DNA of 54,289 bases from a virus (Duplodnaviria; Caudoviricetes). The notes beneath the pieces were generated by a model. That model was given only the letters and a program-made list of their open reading frames with translations, was not told where the DNA came from and searched no databases. Positions 25,305 to 35,000 of this stretch are shown here, piece by piece (within the stretch, counting starts at the first letter, position 1; every line of letters begins with the position of its first letter). A program made the translations under genes and the position numbers. The stretch covers positions 1 through 54,289 of the IMG/VR virus record IMGVR_UViG_3300027917_000056. One strand, written 5' to 3'.

Positions 25305-26022
25305 CTTTCTTTACCTCTTCTCTTCTAACATATCCGAGCTTGCCCCTACGGGCAGACTCAAAATCCCAGAAGTGGACCTTGTGCCCAGCATCCAGCCCGT
25401 ACTTTCTGGCATGACGGACATGAACTCCTTGAAAATGGTAGATACCGCAGTTGTAATGCCGAAGTCCCAGCGGAACCTTTCCCTGATTGTGGCTCCCGTC
25501 GTTCAACGGATCGTACCAGAACCCGGTGTGCGGACCCATGCCCTTAAGAACATTGCCTGTATTGTGCTTATCCTCTTGGTCCTTGGAATGTTCGCACTCG
25601 CACACATAGTCCAGCATGTAATCCAGAAACTTTTTCGAACAGTAGATTCCCCGCCCGTGCATCCTTCCATTGGCCTCCTCCTCTTTTACGTCCCGAAACA
25701 CGTATGCCTGATCGCAAGCCAGGTCCGCAATACCGTCGAACGTGGTCGGGTCCTTCATTATGATGTCGTCGTGCATGAAGAACACAGGGGACTCTCGGTC
25801 CCAGAAGTTCTTTAAATAATAGTCGTACCCACCGAACTCCAACCCTGCTACCGGGATGATTTCATGCCTCAGACCGTGAGATTTGACCAACCCGATTCCT
25901 TCTAAAGCCTGGGCAACCCGACCTGCATAGGTAACGAAACACACAGGATACCTCCGACTGGCTTTGGCTAATACTGGAATAAGCTCCGGGAAAAAATACC
26001 AACCACTCACGCAAATCTTCAT
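25285..26022 (-). CDS. putative GT-A-like glycosyltransferase
   Basis: GLEFGGY and FFMHDDI metal-binding-like motif; cluster context. Confidence 0.5.
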   Translation of the reverse strand: MKICVSGWYFFPELIPVLAKASRRYPVCFVTYAGRVAQALEGIGLVKSHGLRHEIIPVAGLEFGGYDYYLKNFWDRESPVFFMHDDIIMKDPTTFDGIADLACDQAYVFRDVKEEEANGRMHGRGIYCSKKFLDYMLDYVCECEHSKDQEDKHNTGNVLKGMGPHTGFWYDPLNDGSHNQGKVPLGLRHYNCGIYHFQGVHVRHARKYGLDAGHKVHFWDFESARRGKLGYVRREEVKKVAVQSG

Positions 26023-27083
26023 CACAGAAACTCCTTGTGGTGTTTTGGCTGCTTTACTTGCCACAAGATTTCATTGAAGTTATCAGCCCTACAAAGCAAG
26101 GGACATTTGCTCAAGTCTATGTTCTCCGTCACCTCTTTCCTTCTGCGACTATTCCATATCACCGCCAGAGGGTCCTTGTGAATGTTACCGAGGGAACACT
26201 CCATCAATCCCCGAGTGTGACAACAAATGGTCAGGTCTCCAGTAGCTTGAATCGCAGTAGCAAACTGATGCCCATAGCATTTGTCATAAGTCCGTATAAT
26301 CTCCCCATCCTCGTTTCTTGGCCTGGAGTTGATTACCTTGTACTTATGAGTAGAATTCACTATACGGGTTCTCTCGTTTCCCATAGTCTCCAACTCTGAA
26401 AAATCTACAGGAGAGAACTCGTGCAGGTCTGCTTTGGCATAAGTATCTGTTCCTAAAAAAGGTCGGAACTGTGCATAATCCGCTCCAGCCCATACGGATT
26501 CCCGGACGAATTGTTTCATATCTTCAAGGTCATAAGTTCCTTTTCCAGTCAAATATCCCGTGCCGATGGTTACGTCCGAATTAGTCCTATCCTTTTCATC
26601 GACCAATAATCTCAACCCTTCCACTACTCTGAAGAAATCATCAACTCCATGTGTTCTGCGATGTTGTTCTGGAGAACCAGCATCCATGGATACCCGTATC
26701 CACTGGCAAGAGCCGACAAGAACTTTAGCTACATTTCCGTCAATCAATGACCCGTTCGTGATAAATCCAACTGGGATTTGTAGAGCATGACGTATAAAGT
26801 GTACCGTTCCCAGAGTATCTTGGTTACATAATGGCTCACCACCTCCAGTAAAGATAATTCCCCGAACTCCAAGTACGGCAGCTTGACATACAATTCTACG
26901 CATCGTGTATCCATCCAGACTTGCATCATTTGGTACTGCAAATCCGCAACAGCCCGGACATTTGTGATTGCATATGTTCGTGGGGTCTAGTTCCATAGTC
27001 ACAGCAAACGGGTTTTTGCCTTCTAGCCATTCCACCACCCGATCTAGATGATTGTATATCTTATCTGTCTGAAATGGGTTCAT
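26022..27083 (-). CDS. radical SAM enzyme with a SPASM/twitch domain
   Basis: CNHKCPGC (CxxxCxxC), TGGGEPL, ITNG; C-terminal CYGH...GDLTICC...CPLLC. Confidence 0.92.
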   Translation of the reverse strand: MNPFQTDKIYNHLDRVVEWLEGKNPFAVTMELDPTNICNHKCPGCCGFAVPNDASLDGYTMRRIVCQAAVLGVRGIIFTGGGEPLCNQDTLGTVHFIRHALQIPVGFITNGSLIDGNVAKVLVGSCQWIRVSMDAGSPEQHRRTHGVDDFFRVVEGLRLLVDEKDRTNSDVTIGTGYLTGKGTYDLEDMKQFVRESVWAGADYAQFRPFLGTDTYAKADLHEFSPVDFSELETMGNERTRIVNSTHKYKVINSRPRNEDGEIIRTYDKCYGHQFATAIQATGDLTICCHTRGLMECSLGNIHKDPLAVIWNSRRRKEVTENIDLSKCPLLCRADNFNEILWQVKQPKHHKEFL

Positions 27084-27949
27084 TGAACCCTCTCTCCCGT
27101 TTTTAGCAGATGCTCATTGTATCGATCTATACGGGCCTGTACCCGCGGAAAATGTTTACAGGGCAATATGTAACCATTGCTTGCATCTACGTGATAGTGG
27201 TAATGCAGGATGATAGGATCACATTCTTTTAAATACGGATTCGGAGTTCGTCCCTGCTTTGATCTAGCAGCAATATGCAAGGGATAGTTCATATTCGCTC
27301 CGAGTTCGTTATACGGCACGGGCGATGTACAGTAGGACAGGGTTAGGCTGGCCTGATCATAGAACTTATGTCTGGAATTGATGATACTAGGTTCTCCGGT
27401 TATCATAAGACCATATTCTCGCCACCTAGAGACGATAGGCTCAAGAACGTCATGGGAGAAAATAAGCACACCCGAGTTGGGATACCAAATCGTAGCGGCT
27501 CTGTTACACGTACAGTTGTATTTTCTTTCAGGAAGTTCCAAACCAAGCCGACTGAACAGGCTCACGAAGGCGTCATGCGATACGGTTGGCATATCAGCGA
27601 TTTTGGCCTGGAGTCCTTCGCGGAAGACATATTCTGACGGATCATCCACGATCAGGGTATCGCAGTCCAACAGAACGATCCGGTCATAGAGGGAACCGTC
27701 AAAGTTTTTAAAGAACTGAATCTTGTTCGTATATGGAAACTTATGGCTAAAACGATCCACAATATGGAGAGAAGCTCCAAGTCGAGTCAATTTTTCTCCG
27801 ACAGATGACTCTATATTCTCTACAAAACATACCCGAACTTCGGCATCTGCCAGCTTTCCACCAAACCACCGAAGAGATTGTACAAGTCTAGGAACCTGAG
27901 ACAAATACTTCGGGTTATTATCAGCCACACATCCAAACAAAACATTCAT
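27080..27949 (-). CDS. GT8-like glycosyltransferase
   Basis: NKIQFF, LLDCDT (DxD), NSGV, DQASL and LHYH motifs. Confidence 0.7.
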   Translation of the reverse strand: MNVLFGCVADNNPKYLSQVPRLVQSLRWFGGKLADAEVRVCFVENIESSVGEKLTRLGASLHIVDRFSHKFPYTNKIQFFKNFDGSLYDRIVLLDCDTLIVDDPSEYVFREGLQAKIADMPTVSHDAFVSLFSRLGLELPERKYNCTCNRAATIWYPNSGVLIFSHDVLEPIVSRWREYGLMITGEPSIINSRHKFYDQASLTLSYCTSPVPYNELGANMNYPLHIAARSKQGRTPNPYLKECDPIILHYHYHVDASNGYILPCKHFPRVQARIDRYNEHLLKTGERVQ

Positions 27950-28596
27950 ATTAAATCCTCCTCTTTTTTCAGAACCATACCAACCACACGGATTTTCCTC
28001 TCGTTTCTCCACGGACACTGTTCGTACCGTTGCAAGACGAATCCAATCCCTCGAAGTTCCCTCAACATCAGGGAAAGATCCCCATGCACGAAATCTGGTT
28101 CGACACGTACACTACGGCAGGCATTCCACAAGCAAAACCCATCTTCTTTGAGATCGACCGTAAGTATGAGACTGCCTTCAGACTTAAGAATCCTATGAAA
28201 CTCTCTCCACGCATCCATTCTCATGGAAGCCTTTATATGCTCGATCACACTCAGACAGATCACGGTATCAAACTGTCCGTCCTTTGCCCAAGACAACTTA
28301 GTAAAATCCATGTTGTGACTGACAATTCCAGAAGCAACCGTACCGTAATCGAAAAACCCCCACTGCTTGGACTTATCTCCACGACTGCCGTGATCTACCG
28401 TAATGACACTAGCTCCGTTTTCTGCCAAGAAAAGAGGAAGGGGCGATTTTCCAGCCCCAGCATCCAATACAGACAACCCAGACGGAGGACCAAGAGCATC
28501 GGCTACCCACGTATTTTCCCAAGGTCGATAGAAATTGACCTCCGGAAATCCAAAACAACGTTCATAAAGTTCACTAAAACGAGAGTTCTCTTTCAT
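27946..28596 (-). CDS. class I SAM-dependent methyltransferase
   Basis: VLDAGAG, FDTVICLSVIEHI and ILKSEG motifs. Confidence 0.85.
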   Translation of the reverse strand: MKENSRFSELYERCFGFPEVNFYRPWENTWVADALGPPSGLSVLDAGAGKSPLPLFLAENGASVITVDHGSRGDKSKQWGFFDYGTVASGIVSHNMDFTKLSWAKDGQFDTVICLSVIEHIKASMRMDAWREFHRILKSEGSLILTVDLKEDGFCLWNACRSVRVEPDFVHGDLSLMLRELRGIGFVLQRYEQCPWRNERKIRVVGMVLKKEEDLI

Positions 28597-29324
28597 GCCG
28601 TCACTTTGTCTTTTTGTCTGAACAGGTCTGGAGGATTCTTAAGTAAAATTTCCGGACTCTCTCCCACCCTTTCCCTTATTACGTTCAAATATTTTTGCTT
28701 CGTGTCCTCACTGTCTATGGCAACGAACCACGATCCGCCAAGTTTATGAACCAGACGAAGATCAGAGCCGAAAATCATGTCCACAGCCTCAATAAGTCCG
28801 GAAAACCGTCTCACGTAATCGTGTCCGGAGATGAATCCGCCAGGTATGATCTTAGGCAGCCAAGCCCATACATCACAGACGAGATTTGGAAAGTCATGTA
28901 TTGAGTCTATGTACACGCCGTTCACCGAACAGTCTGACACCTTCCTAGAAGCCTCCATTGAGGTCATCCGGTAGACCGTTACCTCTGGGTTTTTATCTGC
29001 CCATGCCTTCACTTTTTGATATACCCTCTCCCACCAACTAGCAGACAATTCCCAATCCTTCCATGGTCTGTCCGACCATTCTGGGTATGGAATCCATGGG
29101 TCTACACAGATATAGTCAAGAAGGCTTCCTTTGAATTGCATAACCATTCTTTTGGATAGGGTGCCTTGAGCCACACCCACCTCCACAACATGCTGGGCTT
29201 TGTACCTTTCAATCAAGGTCGGAAACAGTGATTCGTTGGTTGTGACATCAGCAATCTCGTGCCTCAAGACCTCTTTCTGCTGTCTCACACCTACGCACCA
29301 TCTTGGAAGCGAGTTTCCTCCCAT
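28593..29324 (-). CDS. Methyltransf_24-like SAM methyltransferase
   Basis: VEVGVAQG, CVDPW, VYIDSIH and PGGFISGHDY motifs. Confidence 0.85.
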   Translation of the reverse strand: MGGNSLPRWCVGVRQQKEVLRHEIADVTTNESLFPTLIERYKAQHVVEVGVAQGTLSKRMVMQFKGSLLDYICVDPWIPYPEWSDRPWKDWELSASWWERVYQKVKAWADKNPEVTVYRMTSMEASRKVSDCSVNGVYIDSIHDFPNLVCDVWAWLPKIIPGGFISGHDYVRRFSGLIEAVDMIFGSDLRLVHKLGGSWFVAIDSEDTKQKYLNVIRERVGESPEILLKNPPDLFRQKDKVTA

Positions 29325-30019
29325 ATCTCTTCCCCCTTCTGTTCGAAAAATCTTTTCAGTCCAGGGTCCACGAAAGTTTCCGCCTTGCTGATCATGTTCT
29401 CATTCGTCATACGAGCCACGATCATATCCGGCAGGCCAAAGAGGCTAAAATCTGCTATCCTGCGGATCTCCTTTCGTCTGTCTGCAAGAAGGTCGTCATA
29501 AGATACCCTCAGCATCGGTCTACAGTCCTCCTGCTCATTCCACAATAGGAAGGCTTCCATTTTTCTTTTTATAAGGGAGACTTTCTCCCGGTAGTCGTCT
29601 ATCGTGAGGTTGGGTCTTGGATATTTCATCATTTTACTTTGTGCAATCTCCTCTAAAGACCTTTCCACGAGAATGTATCGAACATCGACATCAGGAACTA
29701 CCTTTCGAACTTCATCCATAGTCATCTTACTAACATCAATAAAATGAGGAGCTTTTAACCCAAGAATAAGGGGAGGAACGTCTCCTACTCTTTTCAAAAA
29801 CCATTGATAGATAGCTTCCCTTCTAGAGATTCCGAGTTGATCGTGATGATGGATGGCCTCGAAATATTCCAAATCCTCAAAATATCCTTTTGGATTCACT
29901 ACACTAGCCGGTTTAACACGAATTCCCATATTGACTCCCAGGTAGAAGAGAATTCCACCCACTGCACTACTTCCGCATGTACCTATGCCAGTGACAACAA
30001 TAAATATCATATCAACCAC
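29291..30019 (-). CDS. sulfotransferase-family (P-loop) protein
   Basis: VTGIGTCGSS (5'-PSB-like), NPKGYFED, LKAP, R...S and VSYDDL motifs. Confidence 0.75.
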   Translation of the reverse strand: MVDMIFIVVTGIGTCGSSAVGGILFYLGVNMGIRVKPASVVNPKGYFEDLEYFEAIHHHDQLGISRREAIYQWFLKRVGDVPPLILGLKAPHFIDVSKMTMDEVRKVVPDVDVRYILVERSLEEIAQSKMMKYPRPNLTIDDYREKVSLIKRKMEAFLLWNEQEDCRPMLRVSYDDLLADRRKEIRRIADFSLFGLPDMIVARMTNENMISKAETFVDPGLKRFFEQKGEEIWEETRFQDGA

Positions 30020-30609
30020 TCTCCCTCCGGCACATCTGCCACAATTCTGGCCGGTGAGCCCATCACCACTTTCCTCGGTGGGACATTTCGAGTCACAACC
30101 GACCCAGCAGCCACAACTGAATTCTCTCCCACAATTACCCCAGGCAAAATAATTGCACCGGAGCCTATACGGACTGCACTTTCAATTTTGCACGGATCTT
30201 CTTGGTAATTCATCACCTCTCGACGAAGATGACATATCCGACGGTCATTGGAAGTCATTACACCTTGAGCCATAAAAACCTTGTCTCCGAGATGAACTCC
30301 TCTAGTGACATGACATTGACTCTGAATTACACAATCACTACCGATAGAAGAATCCCCTTCAAAAACCACAGAATGCCCTATCTTTGTTCTATCTCCGATC
30401 TTCGTCCTCGGTCTCATCACCGTACCATTTCCTACAAGCACATCGTCTCCTAAAACACAGCCGTCCTCAATCACCACAAAACTCCCCAACTGCACGTTCC
30501 TCCCGAACATGACGGTCGGGTATATGGTCCAGTTCGACCATGTGAGGTTCACATGGTGCAGGTGCAACTTCAGGTAGTCGTGCATCGACATTCTCGGCTC
30601 GTTCGACAT
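30007..30609 (-). CDS. left-handed beta-helix (hexapeptide) sugar acetyltransferase
   Basis: Hexapeptide repeats; IGSGAIILPGVIVGENSVVAAGSVVTRNVP...GSPAR. Confidence 0.9.
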   Translation of the reverse strand: MSNEPRMSMHDYLKLHLHHVNLTWSNWTIYPTVMFGRNVQLGSFVVIEDGCVLGDDVLVGNGTVMRPRTKIGDRTKIGHSVVFEGDSSIGSDCVIQSQCHVTRGVHLGDKVFMAQGVMTSNDRRICHLRREVMNYQEDPCKIESAVRIGSGAIILPGVIVGENSVVAAGSVVTRNVPPRKVVMGSPARIVADVPEGEWLI

Positions 30610-33070
30610 CCCTTTCTCCCTCCTCTTTAAAAAATAATTCATTCAATACATTTACCCAATTCCTCGGGTCCAGATACTCTTTGGCCCACTCCCTGGCCGA
30701 TTGACCCATCTCATATCTGTATGCTTCTTTTCTTTTAAGAAGCTTCAATCCATACAAGAACCCATCATAATCTATGCAGTGGAATCCGGTATCTCCATGC
30801 TCCACTCGGTCCTTGGTTCCGTCTCTTGGCTCGGTAAGAACGGGCAAACCTGCTGCCAGAGCTTCTCCAACAACCCGAGGGAAGTTGTCCCGCCACATAT
30901 TCGACGTTCTGTAGAGGTAGACATGACCCCTGGACAAGAATTCCGGTACGGGCATAGAGTTCCATTCATGAAACACCATCCTTGGTTCATTTTTGAAAGC
31001 TTCCTTCAGTTCAGGGTGAGCTTCCATGAACTCGAACCGTACCCCCTTCATGTCTGACAAGAACCGCTTATAAAACTCTGTGTCCGGCTCTTTTATGATG
31101 TTCCGCTGCCACGCATGAATTTTATCTCCTCCTCTTGCACTGCGTTCTGTTACATATTTCCGGTAATCCCCAACACAATGTTTAAGCACTACAAGATCTT
31201 CGTCTCGTCCTCGTTTTCGTATCTTTAAAGAACTGAATATCTCCAACTCAATAGCTCCAGGTTGAATCTCAAGATCAAACGGTTCTGGGAACTTGATCAT
31301 ATCCCTGACGAACTCTCCCTGTTTCTCCTCACACTGAAAAATAACAGCCCGCAGTTTGCCTGTATCTGCTAAATGCTGCGCCTTGGGTAGTTGCCCGTTC
31401 ATCCAGTTGATGGCTATAGCCACCGAGGAACTTTTCTCAAATAGTTCCAACGTCTCTGGATTCTTCACAAAGTCGAAGATTTGATCATTAGCGTAAAAGA
31501 GAAGCGGAAGTCCTGGTTTCATGCTTTTCATCATTCGACCGTTTTTATATGTATCGATGGAATGAAGGAACTCACCAGGCACATATTGGTACTGCTCATG
31601 TACTTTGTCCCACGGATAAAAATTAACCTTACAGTCAGCTTCTATGAGCACCTGAGCAATTTTCAGGGCAGACTGTTCCCCTCCTCCTTTAGAGTTAAGA
31701 GAAGCCAACAGATTCAATTCCCTTCCAGTAAGATAGACCACGGTTCTCTCCTCTGGCTGCTTACGAACATAGACCACTGTTTTTTCCTCCCCTGTGATGT
31801 TTTTGAAAAATCGGTTGGCAACTTTCTCTCCGTATTTCAATCTCGGATAAGGTCTGGAATAGTAAAACTCGATTGCTTCCACAACTCGTTCTGGCGGCAG
31901 AATCTCCACACATGGAGGTGTCTTTCCATCCTCTCCATGTAAAACTGGATTCATACCGCTGTTTTCCTGTCTTTCTAGACAACTCTCCAAGGAGGTTTTC
32001 CAACATCCTACTTGAAAATAAGAGTCTTTCTCCTTCTCGTGATTTACAGAACATGGAAGCAGTCCGAGTGTATCCAAATATCTATGTCCTATGTACTGCG
32101 TAAACCATGCCGGTTCCCTAGCTCCGGCTACTACTACACATGCATTATCGAAGGCTGCGCTCATGTGCATGTGCATGGATACCAGACCTACGGAACCCTG
32201 CGAATTGTAAAACACGTTGACAAGATCCCTGATTCCGGTCTCTGGATCTTCGGTCTTTCCTACTAAGTCCACAACATTTTTAAGTTTTGGCAACGGATCG
32301 CCTTTGAGTTGCAACTGTACGAACTGAATTTTGTCCTTGAGTTGGTCCACCACATATTGCCATCGGTCCATCGGGTACATCTTTGCAGGCCATCCCGGCT
32401 CCCCACCTGTGGTAATAATCCAATAGGGCCCGTCTACTATAGGCTCTCGTTCGATCTCCTCCCGACTCATCCACACGTCCGGGCGAGTAAATCCAGGCTC
32501 TATTCTCACACCCAATTCCATTTCCATACTAAGCCTGAACGAGTTGACCATGTGCCAGTTGACTTGATTAGATTTGTTTGTAAGCCATTTTAATCCAATA
32601 TTTACGAAGGCCGATTCTTCCTGAAATCCAGGATCTACATATGGGTTATTGTCCCAGATATGTGCCGAACCTGTTTTCACACCGAGCCGCACATTTGGAA
32701 ACATCAATGCGAAGTCCCTCACACCAGCAGTCATAGCCAATATGTCCCCAAGTCTTTGCTTATCGTTCAGAAATACCACAGCTTCCCGATCCAGAGTTTC
32801 TTTCATTGGTCTATCAGCTTTCGTGTCTAAAAGCTGTGCTGGTGGAGATACTAACCCGTATTCTACTTGTGCCATTTCAATAAGTCGCGGTGCCGAGTTC
32901 TTGTTGCCGTGTACATGGTATCTACCTTCTGCATCCGTAACTACTAGATGCGAGTCTGGCAATCGTTCCCACAATGGCTTTCGATCTTCCGGTCTACAAA
33001 AAGGACAGGACATCGCTTTGTTTTGCTGACGTCTCTGTTTGGCTGCACTTTTTTTCTTAGAGCTGCTCAT
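30467..33070 (-). CDS. two-domain glycosyltransferase: GT9/heptosyltransferase-like with a Cys4 motif fused to a GT4-like domain
   Basis: LGDIL, IWDNNPYV, AKMYP, MHMSAAF and four Cys; then GGGEQSA...DNFPRVVGEALAAGLPVL. Confidence 0.8.
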   Translation of the reverse strand: MSSSKKKSAAKQRRQQNKAMSCPFCRPEDRKPLWERLPDSHLVVTDAEGRYHVHGNKNSAPRLIEMAQVEYGLVSPPAQLLDTKADRPMKETLDREAVVFLNDKQRLGDILAMTAGVRDFALMFPNVRLGVKTGSAHIWDNNPYVDPGFQEESAFVNIGLKWLTNKSNQVNWHMVNSFRLSMEMELGVRIEPGFTRPDVWMSREEIEREPIVDGPYWIITTGGEPGWPAKMYPMDRWQYVVDQLKDKIQFVQLQLKGDPLPKLKNVVDLVGKTEDPETGIRDLVNVFYNSQGSVGLVSMHMHMSAAFDNACVVVAGAREPAWFTQYIGHRYLDTLGLLPCSVNHEKEKDSYFQVGCWKTSLESCLERQENSGMNPVLHGEDGKTPPCVEILPPERVVEAIEFYYSRPYPRLKYGEKVANRFFKNITGEEKTVVYVRKQPEERTVVYLTGRELNLLASLNSKGGGEQSALKIAQVLIEADCKVNFYPWDKVHEQYQYVPGEFLHSIDTYKNGRMMKSMKPGLPLLFYANDQIFDFVKNPETLELFEKSSSVAIAINWMNGQLPKAQHLADTGKLRAVIFQCEEKQGEFVRDMIKFPEPFDLEIQPGAIELEIFSSLKIRKRGRDEDLVVLKHCVGDYRKYVTERSARGGDKIHAWQRNIIKEPDTEFYKRFLSDMKGVRFEFMEAHPELKEAFKNEPRMVFHEWNSMPVPEFLSRGHVYLYRTSNMWRDNFPRVVGEALAAGLPVLTEPRDGTKDRVEHGDTGFHCIDYDGFLYGLKLLKRKEAYRYEMGQSAREWAKEYLDPRNWVNVLNELFFKEEGERDVERAENVDARLPEVAPAPCEPHMVELDHIPDRHVREERAVGEFCGD

Positions 33071-33623
33071 TTCCCTTTTCTCCCTCCTCTTTTTTAATTC
33101 CCCAAAAATACAAATCCTGTGGAGTTGCGCTTGTAGAAAATTCGTATTTAGAGAAAACGTCCTCCACTTCTATGACTTGTCGAATGTCTTCTTCCGCAAG
33201 GTTCCTGTAATATTTCCCCCATTCCGGTAGTCCGTACTTATACAGTTTCCCTTCTTTTCTCTTCTTCCTGTGAATGGGCCTCCCTGTCGTAGCACAAGTG
33301 AAAAGAAACAAACCTCCGGGTTTAAGAAGCTCCACAATCCTCTGTAGACTTTCTTTCCAATAAAAATCGTGCTCAAAAACCTCGGTACAGATAATGGTAT
33401 CAAAGGGACCATCTTGCGGTTCATATTCATGAATGGGAGACACCACATCTACATTCCACCCATCCTGTATATCCACCCCGATATACTCTCCCTCCTCAAA
33501 TAACCACCGATTGTTCCCATTGAGATCCAAAGAACCAGCATCTAATACCCTTTTTCGAGAAAAGAACTCTGGAAGCCGCTTCTTAACCCTACTGCAAAAA
33601 ATCTTCTGTGCTTTATGCGCCAT
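33057..33623 (-). CDS. class I SAM-dependent methyltransferase
   Basis: VLDAGSLDLNG, YIGVD, FDTIICTEVFEHD and LKPGG motifs. Confidence 0.88.
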   Translation of the reverse strand: MAHKAQKIFCSRVKKRLPEFFSRKRVLDAGSLDLNGNNRWLFEEGEYIGVDIQDGWNVDVVSPIHEYEPQDGPFDTIICTEVFEHDFYWKESLQRIVELLKPGGLFLFTCATTGRPIHRKKRKEGKLYKYGLPEWGKYYRNLAEEDIRQVIEVEDVFSKYEFSTSATPQDLYFWGIKKEEGEKGNEQL

Positions 33624-33639
33624 TTACTTTTTCGTGTCT

Positions 33640-33843
33640 TTACTTGTCGTTTTTTGCAATTCCCAGACGCATGAAAATAACGATCAGTCCCATAAGAATT
33701 GTCTCGATGGCTTTTTGAATGTCTGGGTCCAGATTTACGATCCCGAACAGTTTGAGTGCTTCTACGATGACCAAAGTAATCGTGGTGGCTACTGTCTTTT
33801 TCCCAGCTAGCATGAGCCGGATCTTTGATACTAATAGAGCCAT
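33640..33843 (-). CDS. putative holin
   Basis: 67 aa, two hydrophobic helices, GKKT motif; directly after the endolysin. Confidence 0.65.
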   Translation of the reverse strand: MALLVSKIRLMLAGKKTVATTITLVIVEALKLFGIVNLDPDIQKAIETILMGLIVIFMRLGIAKNDK

Positions 33844-33847
33844 TTCT

Positions 33848-34192
33848 TTACTCCTCCCTTCGTTCAAAATGTCCGCCATCATAAAACGTTGACCAATTTC
33901 CTCCCCAACGATTAAGTGAATTGAGACTTTCCCAATAGTCCCCAAAAATCTGCAAGTCCTCTCTTTCTGTAATCTGTTCGCCATTGGGTCTAAAGAACTG
34001 AAGATCCACAGCCATACGGTTAAGATGACATGAATTCATTGTTTTCGTTTTTCCCCAAGCATAGTAAATACCCTGTTGCTCTCTGGTACGGTACAGTTCC
34101 CCTCCCGTAACCAAGCATCCGTTACGCCACACTCTGGCTAAGAGAATACATACATCTTTAAGAAACGCATCCTGTTGAGAAACCATTCCCAT
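33848..34192 (-). CDS. endolysin, M15 family metallopeptidase
   Basis: GELYRT..QQ, SCHLNRMAVD and WGGNW...DGGHFE motifs. Confidence 0.88.
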   Translation of the reverse strand: MGMVSQQDAFLKDVCILLARVWRNGCLVTGGELYRTREQQGIYYAWGKTKTMNSCHLNRMAVDLQFFRPNGEQITEREDLQIFGDYWESLNSLNRWGGNWSTFYDGGHFERREE

Positions 34193-34214
34193 GCTATCTA
34201 AAATCCTTCCCTTA

Positions 34215-34673
34215 TCACTTTTTACCCAATCCAGTTGTAGCTATTTTCTTCATACTTTTGAGCTCTTGTTTCATATCAATAATAGTTTCATTATGACTTC
34301 TCATCATTGATTTAATCTCTACAATTTCCATAATAAGTGCTCTTTGCCCAATCTCTAACTCCTTGATTTGTTTCTGTCGTTCCTGTCGGGCTTCCTCCAC
34401 CCGATCCATAGACGACATATTCAGACCTATAGATACTGAGAACAACAGCGTATAAAGAGCTGCGATTATTCCATGTATGGTCAAGATAGTTTTACTCGGC
34501 ATGAATGCTCCAATAGTATCCCATAATTCCTTTTTCTCATCTTCCAGTCGTTCAAGTCGATTATCTAAAAATGGGTGTTTCATACATCTTTCGTGCATCA
34601 GTCTATTACTAGAATTGTCGCCATGCGGATTCGTAGATGGATTCGTACTCTTGTTGTCGTCATCTTTCTTCAT
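34215..34673 (-). CDS. single-TM coiled-coil protein, probably lysis-associated
   Basis: One TM segment flanked by coiled coils; upstream of the endolysin. Confidence 0.55.
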   Translation of the reverse strand: MKKDDDNKSTNPSTNPHGDNSSNRLMHERCMKHPFLDNRLERLEDEKKELWDTIGAFMPSKTILTIHGIIAALYTLLFSVSIGLNMSSMDRVEEARQERQKQIKELEIGQRALIMEIVEIKSMMRSHNETIIDMKQELKSMKKIATTGLGKK

Positions 34674-34676
34674 AAA

Positions 34677-34997
34677 TCAGTTAATCCCCTTTACTTTAAT
34701 ACCGAACAATAGTTTCTTGGTCGTACCTCCTCCAAATACAATGGTAAATATACCGTCATAGATTCCCTCCGTAGAGAAAGTACACAGGACTTTTAAAATG
34801 CCAACACCCCCCTGTCCTTTATCGAAACTTGCGTCTGTTTTCGTAAAATGGTTCGCTACGTCCGCCTGTCTTACCAGCAAAGTGCAAGTATTCCCCGTAG
34901 CGACATTCACCGGGGTGCCGTCTTCCTTGTACGTGACCGTAAACTTGAGCACTTGCGTCTCTCCAGCCACGAACGTCAAAAAGCCTTTACTGGTCAT
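34677..34997 (-). CDS. BppU-N-like Ig-fold structural protein
   Basis: AGETQVLKFTV...DGTPVNV...EGIYDG pattern. Confidence 0.55.
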   Translation of the reverse strand: MTSKGFLTFVAGETQVLKFTVTYKEDGTPVNVATGNTCTLLVRQADVANHFTKTDASFDKGQGGVGILKVLCTFSTEGIYDGIFTIVFGGGTTKKLLFGIKVKGIN

Positions 34998-35000
34998 ATC

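Noticed and set aside
23591-33623. DNA hypermodification or O-antigen conversion as the role of the cluster
   Set aside because: Disfavoured rather than excluded: no base hydroxymethylase, TET/JBP or DNA polymerase, and no membrane gtr/wzy genes; the location is late-structural.
33844-33984. Long start of the holin ORF as an embedded spanin or antiholin
   Set aside because: No lipobox or TM segment in the extension; a good RBS precedes ATG 33843.
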